Below are positions 51,771-62,146 of a stretch of DNA of 64,000 nucleotides, piece by piece. Made by a program: the position numbers and the translations under genes. How positions within the stretch are numbered: position 1 is the first letter of the stretch; each line of letters begins with the position of its first letter. The notes under the pieces were generated by a model. It was not told the DNA's origin and did no database searches. It saw only the letters and a program-made list of their open reading frames with translations. The stretch is from a bacterium (GTDB taxonomy: Bacteria > SAR324 > NAC60-12), in assembly GCA_965205865.1 (NCBI GenBank), contig CBDBHR010000030.1, forward strand, positions 960,001 to 1,024,000, given 5' to 3'.

Positions 51771-53126
51771 TCAGACGTTCTCTCGAAGAGTCAAATTGGC
51801 GAATTTGGTGTATTTTCCAATGAAAGCCAGTCGTTTGGTTCCGGTTTCCCCATTGCGATGCTTGGCCACCATAATTTCTGCAATTCCCTGGTCTTCGGTC
51901 TCTTCGTTATAAACTTCATCGCGATAAATGAAGATGATAATATCCGCATCCTGCTCGATGGCGCCAGATTCGCGTAAATCCGCCATCGAGGGATGTTTAT
52001 CCGTTCGCCGCTCCAAATCCCGATTCAGTTGGGAAACAGCAAGCAGGGGGACATTGAATTCTTTGGCAATGGCTTTGAGGTTCCTTGAAATTTCTGCAAT
52101 TTCCTGTTCCCGGGAATTGAGACGGATAGTGCTATGCATGAGTTGCAAGTAATCCACGAGTACCAGCCCGATTTCTCCATATTCATTTTGCGCCTGCCGG
52201 ATGACTTTGCGTATATGCATGGGGGAAATGGTTCCTTGGTCATCAATCAATAAAGGAGCCTTCATTATTTTTGCGGCTGCCGTGGATAAACTGTCCCAAT
52301 CTGTTTGAGCCAAACGTCCCGTCTGCAATTTATGGGAATCCACTCTCCCCTCACTGCACAAAAGCCGCATTGCAATATGTTCTTTGGGCATTTCCAGACT
52401 GAATATAAGCACCGGACGATTTCCTTCGCCATGAACGGAGGCATAAAAACCAATATTCATAGCAAATGCCGTCTTTCCCATAGAAGGACGAGCCGCGAGG
52501 ACGATCAAATCCCCTTTTTGCAGTCCATGGGTCAATTCATCTAATTCTGTGAATCCTGTTGGAATACCGGTGATGGTTTGCGGCGATTGGGAGCGTTTTT
52601 CCAGGAGATCAATATAATCATGAAGCACGGCGCTCAGGTGATCATAACTCTTTTGAAAGTCAATTTTAGATTCAAGCTGATGGAGGGTTGCTGTTGCCTG
52701 CTCGATGAGGAATTCGACATTTTCCGGAGATTCCGTCCCCTGTTTGGCAATTTCATTGGCAGCTATGATCAATTCACGCAATCGCCCTTTTTCACGGACA
52801 ATTTGCGCATAATGCTCAACGTTCTCTACAACCGGCGTGGCTTGAGTCAACTCAACGAGATAATTCACGCCTCCTGTTTGCTCGAGCAAATTTCGGTCTT
52901 TTAAAAAAGTACCCAGGGTGACTTCATCAACAGGTTCATCTCTGTCTCTTAAATCTAAAGCTGCCTGGTATATTTTTTGATGGGCAGGAGAAAAAAAATC
53001 CGAGGAAACCAGCGTATCTGCGACTTGATAAAGGACTTCGTTCTTGATGATTATTGCCCCCAAAATCGCTTGTTCCGCCATTTTATCATGGGGTAATAAT
53101 TTCGACGGAAAGTCTTGTGAAGCCAT
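51771..53126 (-). CDS. dnaB: Replicative DNA helicase
   Basis: AARPSMGKT, FSLEM, VDYLQL, SQLNR, DLRESGAIEQDAD. Confidence 0.96.
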   Translation of the reverse strand: MASQDFPSKLLPHDKMAEQAILGAIIIKNEVLYQVADTLVSSDFFSPAHQKIYQAALDLRDRDEPVDEVTLGTFLKDRNLLEQTGGVNYLVELTQATPVVENVEHYAQIVREKGRLRELIIAANEIAKQGTESPENVEFLIEQATATLHQLESKIDFQKSYDHLSAVLHDYIDLLEKRSQSPQTITGIPTGFTELDELTHGLQKGDLIVLAARPSMGKTAFAMNIGFYASVHGEGNRPVLIFSLEMPKEHIAMRLLCSEGRVDSHKLQTGRLAQTDWDSLSTAAAKIMKAPLLIDDQGTISPMHIRKVIRQAQNEYGEIGLVLVDYLQLMHSTIRLNSREQEIAEISRNLKAIAKEFNVPLLAVSQLNRDLERRTDKHPSMADLRESGAIEQDADIIIFIYRDEVYNEETEDQGIAEIMVAKHRNGETGTKRLAFIGKYTKFANLTLRENV

Positions 53127-53195
53127 AAATACTCCTGCAAAAGAGCATTGGATACAAATGCGTCAAATCACACCCGATGCATTGCTTACAATACG

Positions 53196-53753
53196 TCAAG
53201 AGAGAGTTTCCACGCTTGAAGACGCCTCGTCAGCTTCTTCGGACTCGCTCGCTTCTCCATGTTCAGGGGCTAAGGGCGGGGCTACTTGTGAATCAGAAGG
53301 AAGATTCTCGAATTCAGCAATCACTTTGATATCGATGTCCACCTTCACTTCCGTATGCAACTTGATACCGACTTTATGGATGCCAATTGCTTTGATGGGC
53401 TCATGTGGCACAATATTTCGGCGTGACACATCAAAACCTTGTTCCTGCAGCAGGTCCATAATCTCTTTGTTTGTCACCGAACCGAATAATCGCCCTTCCG
53501 GCCCTGCTTTTTTGGGGATCTCCAATTTCAAGACGACCAGTTTGGCTGCTTCTCCATTGGCATTTTCAATAGCAGCTTGTCTTAATTTTTTAAAAAATTG
53601 CATGCGATGCTGCAATTCCTTGGATTTCTTACCGGAAGCCAGGATGGCTTTGCCTTGGGGAAGCAGATAATTGCGCGCATAACCAGGCTTGACTTGAACC
53701 AGATCACCCAACACTCCCAAGTTGGGGTCGTCTTCTACTAAAATGATTTTCAC
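53196..53753 (-). CDS. rplI: 50S ribosomal protein L9
   Basis: VKPGYARNYLLP, LFGSVT. Confidence 0.96.
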   Translation of the reverse strand: MKIILVEDDPNLGVLGDLVQVKPGYARNYLLPQGKAILASGKKSKELQHRMQFFKKLRQAAIENANGEAAKLVVLKLEIPKKAGPEGRLFGSVTNKEIMDLLQEQGFDVSRRNIVPHEPIKAIGIHKVGIKLHTEVKVDIDIKVIAEFENLPSDSQVAPPLAPEHGEASESEEADEASSSVETLS

Positions 53754-53825
53754 GATTGAATCTCTCGTGTGAAATGGAAAATTCAGACCTCCCGACCTTC
53801 TCTTTGGAAAAGTCGAGGTGATCTT

Positions 53826-54083
53826 TTACGAACCTTGAGCGATATAGCCTTCCGTATAGGAGAGGAGCGCCAGATTACGCGCCCGTTTTACCTCGACCTT
53901 CAACATCCGCTGATAAGGTGCTGAAACTCCTGAAATACGGCTTGGCACGATTTTGCCGGCATCAGTAACATAATCTTTCAACAAGTCGACGTCTTTGTAA
54001 TTGATAGTCCGGATTCCTGCTTCTTTGAAGGGACAGAATTTTCGTTTACGAGGGATGACTTTTCGTCTTCTTCTATGAACCAT
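53826..54083 (-). CDS. rpsR: 30S ribosomal protein S18
   Basis: NYKDVDLLK..GKIVPSRISG..KRARNLALL. Confidence 0.95.
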   Translation of the reverse strand: MVHRRRRKVIPRKRKFCPFKEAGIRTINYKDVDLLKDYVTDAGKIVPSRISGVSAPYQRMLKVEVKRARNLALLSYTEGYIAQGS

Positions 54084-54588
54084 TTTGTTCTTCCTCAGTT
54101 ACAGGGGTTTTTTCAGAGTCATTGCTGATTGCTTCGACGGTTTTTTCTTCAGAAGCGTCTGTTTCCGGCTCCTCTGTCTTTGCATCACTCGTGACTTTGT
54201 TGCTTTCTGGTTTGGCTTCCTTGTCAGGGGGCTTTTTTTCGTAGGCAACTTCCTGATGGCGCAATTCTAAAAATCGTTGATATTCTAACTGGATGTCTTC
54301 TATTCTAATCGTCTGGAATCGCATGATTTCTTCAATGAAGCGGTATTGCTGATTCAATTCCTTCAGCATCTCTTCGTCTCCCGTGATGTAGAGCAGATGA
54401 TAGACACCGTGGTTTTTTTTGTTGATCGGATAAGCCAGCCGTCGACGTCCCCAATGGTGATACTGCTGGATTGCGCCGCCTTGATGCGTGACCGTGTTTT
54501 TTACTTTATCCAGAATTCCGGACAATGCCTCTTCTGATAAATCGGGATCGGTTATAAAAACAGATTCATATCCTTGCATAAATTTCAT
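54073..54588 (-). CDS. rpsF: 30S ribosomal protein S6
   Basis: YESVFI..WGRRRLAYPINK. Confidence 0.95.
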   Translation of the reverse strand: MKFMQGYESVFITDPDLSEEALSGILDKVKNTVTHQGGAIQQYHHWGRRRLAYPINKKNHGVYHLLYITGDEEMLKELNQQYRFIEEIMRFQTIRIEDIQLEYQRFLELRHQEVAYEKKPPDKEAKPESNKVTSDAKTEEPETDASEEKTVEAISNDSEKTPVTEEEQNGS

Positions 54589-54686
54589 TCCCTTTCAAGT
54601 TCAGCCTGCTTTGAGCAAGCCAGTAAAATTGATATCCGGTTCGATGACCTCCAAAGGCCAATGTTTCTCTGACTCGGCAAGACTTT

Positions 54687-55262
54687 TTATTGTTCTTCAC
54701 TTGGCAAACTGAACGAGGTGTTTTCAAAAATAGAGTCGTTGATGAATCGCATCAGAAAGTGGATGACGGAGTCCTGGGTTTTTTGAAATTTCTGCCTGTC
54801 TCCACTCCGCCAGCTGCTTAAAACATAATCACGGGGCGTCACTCCTTCAGGGGGACGGTCAATTCCCAAACGTATCCGTTTGAAGCTCTCGGTTCCGAGT
54901 TGTTCGATGATGGAGCGCACGCCATTGTGTCCCCCATGCCCCCCCTCGAGGCGCAAACGCGCTTTCCCCAAAGGGAGATCCAGATCGTCATGAATGACCA
55001 CCATTTCTTCTTCCACCGGAATTTTGAAAAACCGGGAACAGGCATAAACCGTCTGGCCGCTGTTGTTCATAAAGGTCATCGGTTTCATCAAGATATATCG
55101 TGTCCCCTGCCAGGCGGATTTTGTGATTGCCGCTTGGAATTTTTTATTAAATGATGGCGCCTCCAAGCGTCGGGCCAGTTGGTCAATCACCATGAATCCG
55201 GCATTGTGTAACTGACCTTGATAGGCAATACCCGGATTCCCCAATCCGACAATCAGTTTCAT
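54687..55262 (-). CDS. pth: Peptidyl-tRNA hydrolase
   Basis: GLGNPG, HNAGF, HDDLD, GGHNG. Confidence 0.95.
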   Translation of the reverse strand: MKLIVGLGNPGIAYQGQLHNAGFMVIDQLARRLEAPSFNKKFQAAITKSAWQGTRYILMKPMTFMNNSGQTVYACSRFFKIPVEEEMVVIHDDLDLPLGKARLRLEGGHGGHNGVRSIIEQLGTESFKRIRLGIDRPPEGVTPRDYVLSSWRSGDRQKFQKTQDSVIHFLMRFINDSIFENTSFSLPSEEQ

Positions 55263-55843
55263 TCATCTTCTTCTGTTGTGTTGCGACCAATGATTGTCGC
55301 AATGCTATAATTTTCTTTGGCGTTAATGGATACGGAGTCAGGGCAATTCACGTTTTGTACGCGGACGGTTTGATGAAAGTCTAAATTTGAAACGTCCACC
55401 TCGAGCACTCTGGGAATATAGGAAGGTAAACAGGTGATAGGAATTTCGCGAACAACCATTTGTATGATCCCTCCCTTTTCCTCTCCAGGCGAAGATCCGA
55501 TGGTTTTGAGGGGAACTTTCAAGTTGATGGGTTTTTCAGCATCCAACTTGCGGAAATCCAAATGGAACAATTCCCGTCGATACGGGTGTTTTTGTATCTC
55601 TTGAATCAAAACCCGGTGTTCCGTGGTTTTGCCCTCTTCATCAGTAATCCGCAAAGGAATCAATTGATGCAATCCATCCAGTCCTGAAATGAATCGCCGA
55701 GTGGTCTCCTCTTCCATTTCCAAGGCAATCATTTCCCCCACTCCATAAAGAATAGCCGGGATTTTATTCTGGTATCTCAAACGGCGACTGGCCTTTTTTC
55801 CCCTGGAGTGACGCACATTTGCCATCAATGATTCTACTGACAT
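55259..55843 (-). CDS. rplY: 50S ribosomal protein L25/Ctc
   Basis: GKKASRRLR..IPAILYG, HLDF. Confidence 0.93.
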   Translation of the reverse strand: MSVESLMANVRHSRGKKASRRLRYQNKIPAILYGVGEMIALEMEEETTRRFISGLDGLHQLIPLRITDEEGKTTEHRVLIQEIQKHPYRRELFHLDFRKLDAEKPINLKVPLKTIGSSPGEEKGGIIQMVVREIPITCLPSYIPRVLEVDVSNLDFHQTVRVQNVNCPDSVSINAKENYSIATIIGRNTTEEDE

Positions 55844-56010
55844 CCAAAGCTCCTCTTTTCATGGATTTTAAAAAACAAACTTCCCTTATACCTCATTTTG
55901 AAGGTTATCGTCAACAAATATTTAATTCCCAAGTAGAGCGATTATTGATGAAAAAATCCCTAGACCGTGGAAAAAAGTTTGTATTTCAGTGGCTGACGCA
56001 AAAATTACTC

Positions 56011-56167
56011 AGGAATGAAATTTAAATAAGTTAGAAGTATGGATACGCAAAATTAGGGTACACGTAACAGCAGGCATAAAACAGTAAAGTTGGGATGCGC
56101 AGCGGTGTACATGTCCCCTAATTTTGCTCACACCATTGGAAGAATTACAGGTTATTTAAGGTTTGTT
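56011..56167. repeat. 157-bp dispersed element, inverted relative to 60457-60613
   Basis: Direct comparison; internal IR GCAAAATTAGGGTACA / TGTCCCCTAATTTTGC. Confidence 0.88.
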
Positions 56168-56206
56168 TCTCAGAGCTTCAATACAACCCGACAGGTAAGG
56201 AGCTTC

Positions 56207-56370
56207 ATGGAAAAATATACAAGAATTCAGAGTAATAACAAGCAGATAATCGATGTGATTCAGTCAAGCGATGAACAATTGACAAGTAATGCCGGATTGG
56301 CCTTGTTTGCCCAGAATCCGCAAAGCATTCAACTGATGCCGATCATCGATGGGATATTTGGCTGGATGCG
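56207..56370 (+). pseudogene. IS1380-like transposase N-terminal remnant
   Basis: DEQLTSNAGLALF resembles LTAQAGL in the 16356 transposase. Confidence 0.45.
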
Positions 56371-56571
56371 TAAAAAAATGGATCAGCAAGGAAGGAAGAC
56401 AGAGGGCGCTGAAGACCCCCCACAAGCTCACCTCAGCGTTGACAAGCCTGTCGAATCTCCTAAACGAAAGATCTCTTGAATTGAAGTAATATTTCGATAT
56501 GGTATGATTTTTTGTATTTCCATATGGATTAATTTTTTTCACCCCTTGTACAGAGTTGAGTTATCACAAGC

Positions 56572-56715
56572 GTGAGAACAGCAATTTCACTGGAGCAAGG
56601 GTTTTTAAAGCGTATCAACGACCTTGCTCGAGAAATGGAGTTCTCCCCAAGTCGTTTATTTGCGCTTGCAGTAGAAGAATTTCTTCACAAAATTAAAAAT
56701 TATTGCGACAAATAA
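56572..56715 (+). pseudogene. RHH/CopG-type antitoxin remnant
   Basis: VRTAISLEQGFLKRINDLAREMEFSPSRLFALAVEEFL. Confidence 0.55.
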
Positions 56716-56796
56716 ATGCGGAAACGAGAATCAAGGATTTTATTGAAGAAGAAAATAGCGCAGCAAAGAGTGCCTGAAATCATAGAGAAAACCGAC

Positions 56797-57804
56797 ATGA
56801 GCAGCATTGAAAACAAATCCCTGAACCAGTGGCTGGAGCAAGAGACTCCGGAAACCGTGCTTGAACCCGAATTGCCCATCATTGATTCCCATCATCATCT
56901 ATGGGATCTTCGCAAATCCACCACAAACCCCCCTTCCCAATTTATGCAGAAGCTGTATCTCTGCGAAGAGTTTTCCAAGGATATCCGGGAAGGGGGGCAC
57001 CATATCGTACAGACCGTCTTTGCGCAGTGCCACGCCTTCTTTCGGGCTGATGGCCCTGAGGCCATGAAATGCGTCGGCGAGACAGAAGTGGTCCATGGGA
57101 TTGCCTCCATGAGCCGCTCCGGTTTGTATGGAAAACCTCGCCTGTGTACAGGCATTTTCGGAACGGCCGATCTCACTTCAGGGAAAGCGGTGGAAGCGGT
57201 ACTTCAGGCGCATTTGGCAGCCTCCCCCAACTTTCGTGGAATCCGCATGCCCTTCTCCAAAGACCTCAATGCCCAATTTCTTGAAGGATATCGGCTGCTG
57301 GGAAAGTATAACCTGAGCTACGACAACTACTCTCCGGATTATGAACGGCTCCCTCTGCTGGCAAAACTAGCCAGGCAAGTCCCCGAAGTCCCCATCATCG
57401 TCAATCACCTGGGGGGCAAGGTTGTTCCGGATGATGAGCAAAAGTGGCGTGAGTGTGTCAAAGCCATTGCTGAGTGCCCCAATGCTTACATGAAAACGGG
57501 GGGGGCTCAGCAACGGGTCGATCACTGGGAGCCGCCTTTCCACAGGCATCAACGGAAAACTCCGATCGGCTCTGAAGAATTATGTGAATTGCTGTATCCC
57601 TATTATTTATATGCAATCGAAACGTTTGGCCCGGAACGTTGTATGTTTGAGAGCAATTTCCCGGTTGATAAAGAGTGTGTTTCCTATCGCACCTTATGGA
57701 ATGCGTTTAAACTGATTGCCGCAAAAGCGGGCTTGAGTGAATCGGAGAAAACCCAAATGTTTAGCGGTACCGCCGTACGGGCTTACCGTTTGCCACCGAT
57801 ATGA
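56797..57804 (+). CDS. Amidohydrolase_2 family protein (lactonase-like)
   Basis: IIDSHHHLWD, VNHLGG, FESNFPVD. Confidence 0.88.
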   Translation: MSSIENKSLNQWLEQETPETVLEPELPIIDSHHHLWDLRKSTTNPPSQFMQKLYLCEEFSKDIREGGHHIVQTVFAQCHAFFRADGPEAMKCVGETEVVHGIASMSRSGLYGKPRLCTGIFGTADLTSGKAVEAVLQAHLAASPNFRGIRMPFSKDLNAQFLEGYRLLGKYNLSYDNYSPDYERLPLLAKLARQVPEVPIIVNHLGGKVVPDDEQKWRECVKAIAECPNAYMKTGGAQQRVDHWEPPFHRHQRKTPIGSEELCELLYPYYLYAIETFGPERCMFESNFPVDKECVSYRTLWNAFKLIAAKAGLSESEKTQMFSGTAVRAYRLPPI

Positions 57805-58039
57805 AAGAGACAAAGATAACCTTGAGTTGCCAATAATGGCAGGTGTTATGAAGGCGCCGCCCGCTGGCCCGGACGAAATCCTGAAGGGCTGAGCTGTCTT
57901 GATGCGGATCACCCTGGAGGCTATCCGGAAAAACCCTCCCCCACGACTCGGAGGGGAGGATCTCAAACAAGAAACAAAAAAATTGTCGGAGGGCAAGCGG
58001 CCGTTGCCCTCCTGGAGTTGCTTGGCAATCAACCCAATG

Positions 58040-59866
58040 CTAATGCCCCATCTCCTTCTTCAGCTCCTGGTCGATCCAGAGGCGGGCGAAGATGGTGAAA
58101 TTTTGCATGCCGCCCAAGCCGGCTTCGCCGCCAAACCCTTTGACCCACGGCTGGTGCACCTGCCAGAAGGGAAAAAACGGTCCCCAGATGGCATAGAAAT
58201 TGTTGACCACGATCTGGTCCACCTCTTTGAGATACTTCCGCTGCTCCTCATAATTGGACGCTGCTTGGGCGGCGTCTATGGCGGCGTCCAGCTCCGGGTC
58301 CTTGACATTGGAAAAGTTCCACAATTGTGTCGAGTGAAAGCGACCTACTTGAGTCATCGGATCCGCCCTCGTGCCCATTATGGTACCGATGATTCCAAAA
58401 TTTCTATCCTTTATCGCAGCGCCAAAAGCGGCACCTACCTTGACATCAATCCTGGCATCAATGCCAATCTGACGAAAATATTCGGCGACCAATTCTGCCC
58501 AGCTGGGGTCGCTGCGCGCAAAGGAGACATAATCGGTCTTGAAGCCATCGGGGTAGCCTGCCTCCGCCAGCAGCTTTTTCGCACCTTCCGGGTCATAGGT
58601 ATGGTATTGCCTGACCTCTTCGGGCCACTCTTCAAAGGGGACATAATACCCTTTGAATTCAAGTCCATACAATCCCCGGGGCGTGATGTCTCCAATCCCC
58701 TTATAGTAGGTATTTTTAATGGTCTCCAGGTCCAGGGCCATCTGCATGGCCTGGCGCACCCGGATGTCGTCAAAGGGTTTGATCTGAGTGTTGACCCCGA
58801 AAGAATAGTTCGACCGTTCGACGTACTCATGAAACACGAGTTCGGGGTTGGTCCGCTTGAGGCTTTCAAACTGGTCGACATTTTGGATATAGGATTGGCC
58901 CTGCCAGCCGAGGTGATCCACCTTGCCCGAGCGTAGGGCTGCTATATAGCTTGCCGATTCCGCCATCAACAGAACCCTGAACCCGTCCATATAGGGCAAG
59001 CGGTTCTGCGGGAACTTCTCGTCATTGCTCCAGTAGTTCGGATTCTTTGTAAAGGACATCGAGACCCCCTCGTGCCGCCCGGTCATCTCAAAAGGCCCGG
59101 TGCCGGCCAGGTGCCTCCAGTTTTTCAGCACCTTATTTTCCCCTTCGCCATGTTGCTGGATGGTTTCGGGGGGAAAAATAAAGAGATTGGACCCGTCCAT
59201 GATAACGTTCGGGGCATTGAGGCGGGGCTCCGTCAGTTTAAAAACGATCGTATATTTGTCAGTGGCCGTGATCGACTCCAGCGGTAACTCCCCGAATACC
59301 CCTGCTTGTGGACTCGGTTTGCTGAAGCCACTGCCGCGTCCCAAATAACGGTGATAGTTCCATTCGATATCCTTGGCCGTCAATTCTCTCCCATTGGCCG
59401 GGGGCTTATCATGGAAGCGCACGCCCTTGCGGATGTAAAAGACGTACGTGAGCGGGTCGCTCTGCTCCCAGCCTTCCGCCAGGGCTCCCCGAATGGCGAA
59501 GAGCGGCAGCATATAGCCGCTCACCAAAGCATAGGAATCCCTCGGTTGGGCCCAGTCCGAGATGCCCAGTTTCTCGACAATACCACTGATTTCACCTGCT
59601 GCTCCTCCGCTCACCCAGGTATCAAAGACTTGACCCGGATCCTTCTTGGCCAAGGTCAAGCTCCCCCCATACTGGGGCGCATCCACCATCTTTTTGATGG
59701 AGGGGTCCCAGGCCATCTTTTTGGCCATCCCTGCCGATGGGAAGACCCCGAATGCGGCCACCATCAAGGTGAGAGTGAGCAACCAGGATTGCGTTTTTGC
59801 GGCAGACCGGGAGCCTGCCGGGTTCAGCCCCGCGATGGAGGCGACAAGTTTCTTTAACATACTCAT
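58040..59866 (-). CDS. ABC family-5 substrate-binding protein (no adjacent permease)
   Basis: ATG 59866 with GAGGT SD; PQYGGSL, GTGPF, QPWVKG, LWIDQELK. Confidence 0.9.
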   Translation of the reverse strand: MSMLKKLVASIAGLNPAGSRSAAKTQSWLLTLTLMVAAFGVFPSAGMAKKMAWDPSIKKMVDAPQYGGSLTLAKKDPGQVFDTWVSGGAAGEISGIVEKLGISDWAQPRDSYALVSGYMLPLFAIRGALAEGWEQSDPLTYVFYIRKGVRFHDKPPANGRELTAKDIEWNYHRYLGRGSGFSKPSPQAGVFGELPLESITATDKYTIVFKLTEPRLNAPNVIMDGSNLFIFPPETIQQHGEGENKVLKNWRHLAGTGPFEMTGRHEGVSMSFTKNPNYWSNDEKFPQNRLPYMDGFRVLLMAESASYIAALRSGKVDHLGWQGQSYIQNVDQFESLKRTNPELVFHEYVERSNYSFGVNTQIKPFDDIRVRQAMQMALDLETIKNTYYKGIGDITPRGLYGLEFKGYYVPFEEWPEEVRQYHTYDPEGAKKLLAEAGYPDGFKTDYVSFARSDPSWAELVAEYFRQIGIDARIDVKVGAAFGAAIKDRNFGIIGTIMGTRADPMTQVGRFHSTQLWNFSNVKDPELDAAIDAAQAASNYEEQRKYLKEVDQIVVNNFYAIWGPFFPFWQVHQPWVKGFGGEAGLGGMQNFTIFARLWIDQELKKEMGH

Positions 59867-60091
59867 ATTTACCTCTTTTGATTGAGAGTGACAAGAACGA
59901 TTCACCCCCCATGAGGTGAATCGGCTCCCCGCTCCCCGCTTTCGCGGGGACAAGTTTGCGGGGACAAGCTTTTTTGCAGCAGACACAACGTCTGCCGCGG
60001 GCAGCCCTACCAAGAGGGTCAATAATTTGCTTACAACCATAACTCCTCCGATCGGGAACCCTCTCCTTCACCAACACAACTTGCTGAAGGC

Positions 60092-60120
60092 ACGATACTA
60101 GCACTACTACGCAATGTCAA
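60092..60120 (-). promoter_or_regulatory. Putative sigma70 promoter of the SBP gene
   Basis: TTGACA-N17-TATCGT. Confidence 0.5.
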
Positions 60121-60252
60121 CCCCCTGACATAAAATAAATGCGGGATTCGCAAAAAAAATCAATAAATCTGCTCAAATCCGGGGACAGTCAGAAGCCGTT
60201 CAGTTCAATAACGATGAAAAAGATTCCCAAGGAGGATCAATCGTTTTCACGT

Positions 60253-60396
60253 CCTCCCACGATATTGTTCAATCGATTGGGCGGGAACCCTCCCACGATA
60301 TTGTTCAATCGATTGGGCGGGAACCCTCCCACGATATTGTTCAATCGATTGGGCGGGAACCCTCCCACGCTTATTTTGAATCGATCGAGCGGGAAC
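60253..60396. repeat. 36-bp tandem repeat x4 (3 identical + 1 variant), no spacers
   Basis: CCTCCCACGATATTGTTCAATCGATTGGGCGGGAAC. Confidence 0.95.
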
Positions 60397-60456
60397 CTTC
60401 TCCTTCCTTTAAACAACAAGGCATAATTTTATCAATTCAACTACGCAACCTTAAGG

Positions 60457-60613
60457 AACAAACCTTAAATAACCTGTAATTTTTCCAATGGTGTGAGCAA
60501 AATTGGGGGACATGTACACCGCTGCGCATCCCAACTCTACTGTTTTATGCCTGCTGTTACGTGTCCCCTAATTTTGCGTATCCATACTTCTAACTTATTT
60601 GAATTTCATTCCT
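60457..60613. repeat. 157-bp dispersed element, copy 2
   Basis: Reverse complement of 56011-56167 with a few mismatches. Confidence 0.88.
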
Positions 60614-61091
60614 AAGTCCCAAATGAAAAAAGTGCGGGATTCGCAAAAAAATTTAAAAACAACCAAATCAATGAAGGAGAGGATTGATTTTTTTTGAAAA
60701 TGTAGGATGGTAAATGGCTGGGTTGGGGAGATTCTCGTAAAATAGAGGCATTTTCCGGAAAATACGCTTGGAATCCTTTACTTCAACCCGAGTTGCAGCG
60801 ATTCTGGAAAAGCAGCAGCTTTTTAAGATGATTTTCGTGCCCGGGGAATCCAATCATTTGAAATTGAGCGGGTTATTTCCGCATTGTTTATTGCTGCGCT
60901 GAAGAAACCATCCACCGCACCCTCCCCCATTTTGAAAGACTGGCACGGAAATTCGGGCTTTGCTGACATCACCCGCGATTGCTTTGCTTCTTAATTTAAT
61001 TGTTCCACTTTCCCCGCTTCGTCTCGAGAGCATGGTCAAAGTTCAAGCGATTCTAAAGCACCGCTTTTCCATCGACCCAATGTCCCCGGAG

Positions 61092-61259
61092 ACACTAACG
61101 GAGTCGCCTCGTCCCGTGCCGTAGCGGTGTCTCGGCGCGGGTCGGATATGACTGGCGCCCTTGCAACGAAGCGGTGGAGTGTCGGACGGCGGCAGCCGTC
61201 ACCTCAAATGAGGTAGGGACGGTACTGAAAGGGGACGGTCTGCACCGTTTTGTTGGGCA
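61092..61259 (-). other. Solitary attC-like site
   Basis: GCCCAAC a few bp after the upstream gene's stop, CGTCCC/GGGACG arms, ends in GTTAGTG. Confidence 0.55.
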
Positions 61260-61265
61260 TTTTGA

Positions 61266-61949
61266 TTAGTATGGAGGCTCAGCCGGGCCTTCATAACCAC
61301 ACATACCAAGTCTGGGAGAATTGACCAGTGGTGACGGTTCACCATATTCCTTGTGTGAATGTCCATCAGCATGATTGTCACATAAGTAACCAGCCTCGTC
61401 ATGTTCATAGAGACATTCCATACACAGCCATGAAGCAGGTTGGTCACATTCGATACAACCAGCATCTGGTAATTCATTACGACTCATTAAAAATACGGGA
61501 TTTTTTGAAAGAGCTTTACCTGTGCGTTGCCCTATTACCCTGACCAGAGTTTCAGAAGAAGTCCCAAAATCGTAAATATGAGTGAATTCCGCTCCTTTCT
61601 GAAAAAGCCGACTCACTGGAGTCTCCATGGAGATCTCGTCACCTTTCCACCCACCTATGGAAAATTGACTCAGATGCCCACAACATTCTAACCAAATACG
61701 ACGCAAATAATTATCTAAATCCAATAATTTAGACAAGCTTTTCATTTCCAAATGCAGCCAAAACTCTTTTTGCCATGAATCTTGAATTTGTAAATGATAA
61801 ATTTCCTGTGCTTTTCCTGATTTTTTATTAACAATTTCAATTATTTTTTTATATTCCGGGCAACTTGAAAAGTGCTTTGTAATTCCTCCTCTTGTCATTG
61901 TTTTACCACAAAATTGACACACTCCTCGTGAGGGATTTTCTGATGGCAT
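61266..61949 (-). CDS. Cys-rich protein with pRiA4b ORF3-like core
   Basis: CQFC..H..C zinc motif, WLECCGHLSQF, YDFGT, SPRLGMCGY; GGAGG SD. Confidence 0.7.
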   Translation of the reverse strand: MPSENPSRGVCQFCGKTMTRGGITKHFSSCPEYKKIIEIVNKKSGKAQEIYHLQIQDSWQKEFWLHLEMKSLSKLLDLDNYLRRIWLECCGHLSQFSIGGWKGDEISMETPVSRLFQKGAEFTHIYDFGTSSETLVRVIGQRTGKALSKNPVFLMSRNELPDAGCIECDQPASWLCMECLYEHDEAGYLCDNHADGHSHKEYGEPSPLVNSPRLGMCGYEGPAEPPY

Positions 61950-62146
61950 TTGACCTCCTGCATATGATTATTTTAACCCAGGTTGAGCGATTCACAATAA
62001 AAATGCTCTCGAGCATAGGGAGAAAGTGTTGTATTGCGGTGAGTAACATAAAAATATCCACAAAATCCAACACAATCCGACAGGCAGAGAACCTTATGGA
62101 AGACAATAAAACAGTTCAGCGCAAAAAGAAACAGAAAGATGTCCTC

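Noticed and set aside
57899-58936. 345-aa ORF on the plus strand (and similar long antisense ORFs such as 11271-12107 and 53044-53670)
   Set aside because: Antisense shadows of well-supported genes with no recognisable motifs
60253-60396. CRISPR array (36-bp repeats beginning GTT on the minus strand)
   Set aside because: Repeats are contiguous with no spacers and no cas genes are in the window; the NPPTILFNRLGG ORF is a repeat shadow
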